From sequence record OY723377.1: a stretch of DNA of 9,118 nt; one strand, 5' to 3'. Numbering within the stretch: the stretch's first letter is position 1; each line of letters opens with the position of its first letter. Below the pieces are notes generated by a model. That model made no database searches, was not told where the DNA came from, and worked only from the letters and a program-made list of their open reading frames with translations. Both the position numbers and the translations under genes were made by a program. Shown one piece after another: positions 6,882-9,118 of this stretch.

Positions 6882-7101
6882 AGGGTCTAAATACACCATT
6901 TTAGGGGTCCAAAACACCCATTTTAGGGTCCTAAAAGTGCTCATGGGGGTACCCCCACGAGCCCTTTTTATGACCATTTCTGGGCTTGATTTGCGGACCC
7001 CTTTTGGGGGATTGAATCACCCGTTTTGGGTCCTCCAGAAAGGTGCCAAAAGTGGTCATTTTAGACACCCCAAATCATGTATTTGGACCCTTTTGGGGAC
7101 C
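6882..7101. repeat. V-type A/T-tract motif block, copy B
   Basis: Equals 1961-2180 at +4921. Confidence 0.75.
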
Positions 7102-7309
7102 TCATACCATGTCACCATCCTCTGTGCACATACCATGTATCTAGAGGATGTGGTCTCCATAGGTATCATGAGGGATACCCCTACCCTATGATATAGGTAC
7201 CATGCAGAGCATGTGTACTCCTTAGAGCATATGTAGTGATCCCCATGGTCTCTAAGGGATCTGGTGATGTACTGGATATCACCATAATCATGTAATCTGA
7301 GTACATCAA
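7075..7309. repeat. Element W copy W2-B (mosaic of W2-like and W1-like sequence)
   Basis: Positional equivalent of 2154-2387 at +4921. It shares the W2 diagnostic GGTCTCTAAGG, but its 3' end (GTACTGGATATCACC...AATCTGAGTACATCA) carries W1-type variants. Confidence 0.85.
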
Positions 7310-7320
7310 ATCATGTGTTT

Positions 7321-7509
7321 TCATGTCATCAAATGCATGCAATTACATGATGATACTACTCATGAGTACCTACTCGTAGTAGTATACATGTGGTATCCAT
7401 GGTATACATAGTACTCGTAGTGTATGCTGTTAGGCTATGGTATAGGGGTATCCTGCACCCCTTATACCCTCCGTGCATACTACTAGTATCCTGTGTATCA
7501 CTAGATACT
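7321..7509. repeat. Y sub-repeat copy Y-B1 (189 bp; no ortholog at this position in copy A)
   Basis: Same length as 7760-7948 and gap-free against it, with about 12 substitutions counted by eye. Confidence 0.85.
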
Positions 7510-7759
7510 ATATGTGTATACATACTACTAATGAGCACATCGAATCATGTGTTTCATGTCATCAAATGCATGCAATATCATGATATCTGGTGACTACTGG
7601 ATACTCCCTATATACCATATAGTACTCCATACACCTCTGCATGGTGTAATGGTACCTATACTCCCCATGTACTGTATACCATAGGATACATGGTACTAAT
7701 GGTGTGTATGCTGTTGTACTAGTGGTATTAGATGTGTATACCTACTCATAATGAGTACT

Positions 7760-7948
7760 TCATGTCATCAAATGCATGCATTTACATGATGATACTGCTC
7801 ATGAGTACCTACCCGTAGTAGTATACATGTAGTATCCATGGTATACATAGTACTCGTAGTGTATGCTGTTAGGCTATGATGTAGGGGTATCCCGTGCCCC
7901 TCATACCATCCGTGCATACTACTAGTATCCTGTATATCACTAGATACT
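7760..7948. repeat. Y sub-repeat copy Y-B2 (ortholog of 3334-3522)
   Basis: Offset +4426 from copy A, with a few substitutions. Confidence 0.85.
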
Positions 7949-8201
7949 GTATATGATCATACGTGCAAACCATGTGTTCAGATGTCTCGAAACATGTGTT
8001 TTGGTGTCATGACATACACATTCTATACTACTAATGAGTACCTATCCATGGTATGTGCTGTAAGGGATACTAGGGGATATGGTGTATACCTCTAATGGGG
8101 CATATGCTGCCATTAGGGATACCCCCAATACCTGTAGTACTCTGTATAGCTCATTATGCCATGATATGCAATAGTAGTGGATTCGCTCATCTCGACTAGA
8201 T

Positions 8202-8220
8202 CATGTCACGAAATGACATG
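8202..8220. repeat. Perfect 7-bp inverted repeat CATGTCA-CGAAA-TGACATG (copy B)
   Basis: Equals 3776-3794 at +4426. Confidence 0.6.
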
Positions 8221-8336
8221 TTTTGGGAGGTGTGCCGATACCCACTAGTAACACAGATACTGTATGGTCTGTAGGTATCCCCATTCCCTCGATAAAGAGG
8301 CATCAGGGGATATGCACATGCCACCAGTACACTAAG

Positions 8337-8598
8337 GACTCCAAAGGGTGCCAAAAGGGGTCCAAAAGTGCTCATTTTAGGGGTACCCGTAAATGGCATA
8401 ATTGCCCCGATTTCGCGTACTCATATTCCTAAGGTCACTGTAAGGAATATGGTCTCCGGCGATGGCATTCCCATTGTGTGCATCCGAAAAGGGCATAAAA
8501 TGACCCATTTTAGGCACTTTTGGGCCTTTTGGGGTCGCAAATGTGCACATTAAGACCCCTAATGTCTCCAAAAGGGTCCAAAATGATGCATTCGTTTT
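8337..8598. repeat. V-type A/T-tract motif block, copy B
   Basis: Equals 3911-4172 at +4426. Confidence 0.75.
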
Positions 8599-8621
8599 CT
8601 GTCTGACTCGGATCCGCCCTT

Positions 8622-8640
8622 CGCGCGCGCGCGCGTGTGT
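8622..8640. repeat. Alternating purine-pyrimidine tract (CG)7(TG)2T, copy B
   Basis: Identical to 4196-4214 at +4426. Confidence 0.95.
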
Positions 8641-9044
8641 TACTATACACTAAGGGCACACAATTTAGGGGTTCCGAGCACCTCCAGACCCCCAATCCGA
8701 CACCCTCTGGGATACCCTATCTGAGGGGTACGGGCCCGAATCCCTTAGGAGCACCTTAGGGATGGCATTGGGGAGGGGTCTGGGAGCACCCAGAAAGGGT
8801 CCCAAAACGAGTGATTTAGGGTCCAAAACACCCATTTTGGGAGGTCTCGGGATACCTCAGATACCCCATTTCTGGAGGTCTTGGGGTCCTCAGATCATGG
8901 CATCCGTGTCCTCAGATACCTAATACCTATGGTCTGCGAGTCCTTAGTACCTATCTGCATGGTCTGTATGCCCGTATCCTCTGTGCCATGTCCTCTGTGC
9001 ATGTCCTCAGTACCTCTCTGCGAGTCCTTAGTACCTAATGCCTA

Positions 9045-9104
9045 TACCTATCTGCATACCTATCTGCATACCTATCTGCATACCTATCTGCATACCTATC
9101 TGCA
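9045..9104. repeat. 12-mer microsatellite (TACCTATCTGCA)x5
   Basis: Five perfect units starting at 9045, one more than in copy A. Confidence 0.97.
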
Positions 9105-9118
9105 CAGGTCCTCAGATA

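Larger units (their letters stand above)
7310..8201. repeat. Distal Z/Y sub-repeat array, copy B (Y-Z-Y plus degenerate tail)
   Basis: Z heads lie at 7310 and 7544. Y units start at 7321 and 7760, 439 bp apart. Confidence 0.85.
4681..9118. repeat. Macro-repeat copy B (4,438 bp)
   Basis: Colinear with copy A. Net length differences are +1 (near 24-25), -2 (C-run 1098-1103 vs 5779-5782), +1 and +1 (near 1350 and 1392), +240 (6422-6670), about -495 (2450-3087 replaced by about 7370-7511), and +12 (one extra microsatellite unit). Confidence 0.97.

Noticed and set aside
1-9118. Tandem dimer as a pure assembly artefact of a circular monomer read through twice
   Set aside because: The two copies differ by a 249-bp duplication, a roughly 500-bp net replacement, a microsatellite unit and scattered substitutions. 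They are therefore distinct physical units and not the same molecule assembled twice. Collapse of a longer array remains possible.
1-9118. rDNA, 5S, histone or spliced-leader type gene array (typical tandem units of a few kb)
   Set aside because: I could not recognise any rRNA, 5S box A/C, tRNA or other conserved RNA signature, and no histone-like ORF is present. The sub-repeat organisation resembles intergenic spacers, but nothing genic lies within the unit.

Overview
This window is non-coding, hierarchically repetitive DNA. I cannot support any CDS, RNA gene, mobile element or CRISPR array in it. The 9,118 bp are exactly two in-phase, head-to-tail copies of a macro-repeat: copy A is 1-4680 (4,680 bp) and copy B is 4681-9118 (4,438 bp). 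Shared modules are almost identical. I see one substitution across 91-1097 vs 4772-5778, and three across 3523-4618 vs 7949-9044. Almost all larger differences lie inside internal sub-repeat arrays of about 190-230 bp. They are a 249-bp B-specific duplication, a roughly 640-bp A-specific diverged segment replaced by about 140 bp in B, and a mosaic sub-repeat copy. Outside the arrays I see only a 12-mer microsatellite at 4 vs 5 copies and a C-run of 6 vs 4. Each macro-unit is built from recurring modules:
- V: blocks of alternating A4/T4 tracts at about 11-bp spacing, many forming CCAAAA-N6-7-TTTTGG interrupted palindromes.
- X: a ~125-bp element with a 64-bp core, 2 copies in A and 3 in B.
- W: a ~235-bp element, 2 copies per unit.
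- Z/Y: CATG/GTAC-rich sub-repeats sharing a conserved head motif.
- A (CG)7(TG)2T alternating purine-pyrimidine tract.
- A pyrimidine-biased ATGGTCT-type short-repeat junction module ending in the 12-mer microsatellite.
No ORF exceeds 180 aa in any frame. The listed ORFs overlap on both strands, recur only because the DNA recurs, and change length between copies through small indels. The most economical reading is a eukaryote-style macrosatellite, heterochromatic or spacer-type repeat. The source organism cannot be determined from the sequence alone. I find no evidence for a protein-encoded system. The signals worth following are architectural: in-phase window ends, recombination footprints at sub-repeat heads, dyad-symmetric phased A/T motifs, and the strictly conserved X core.
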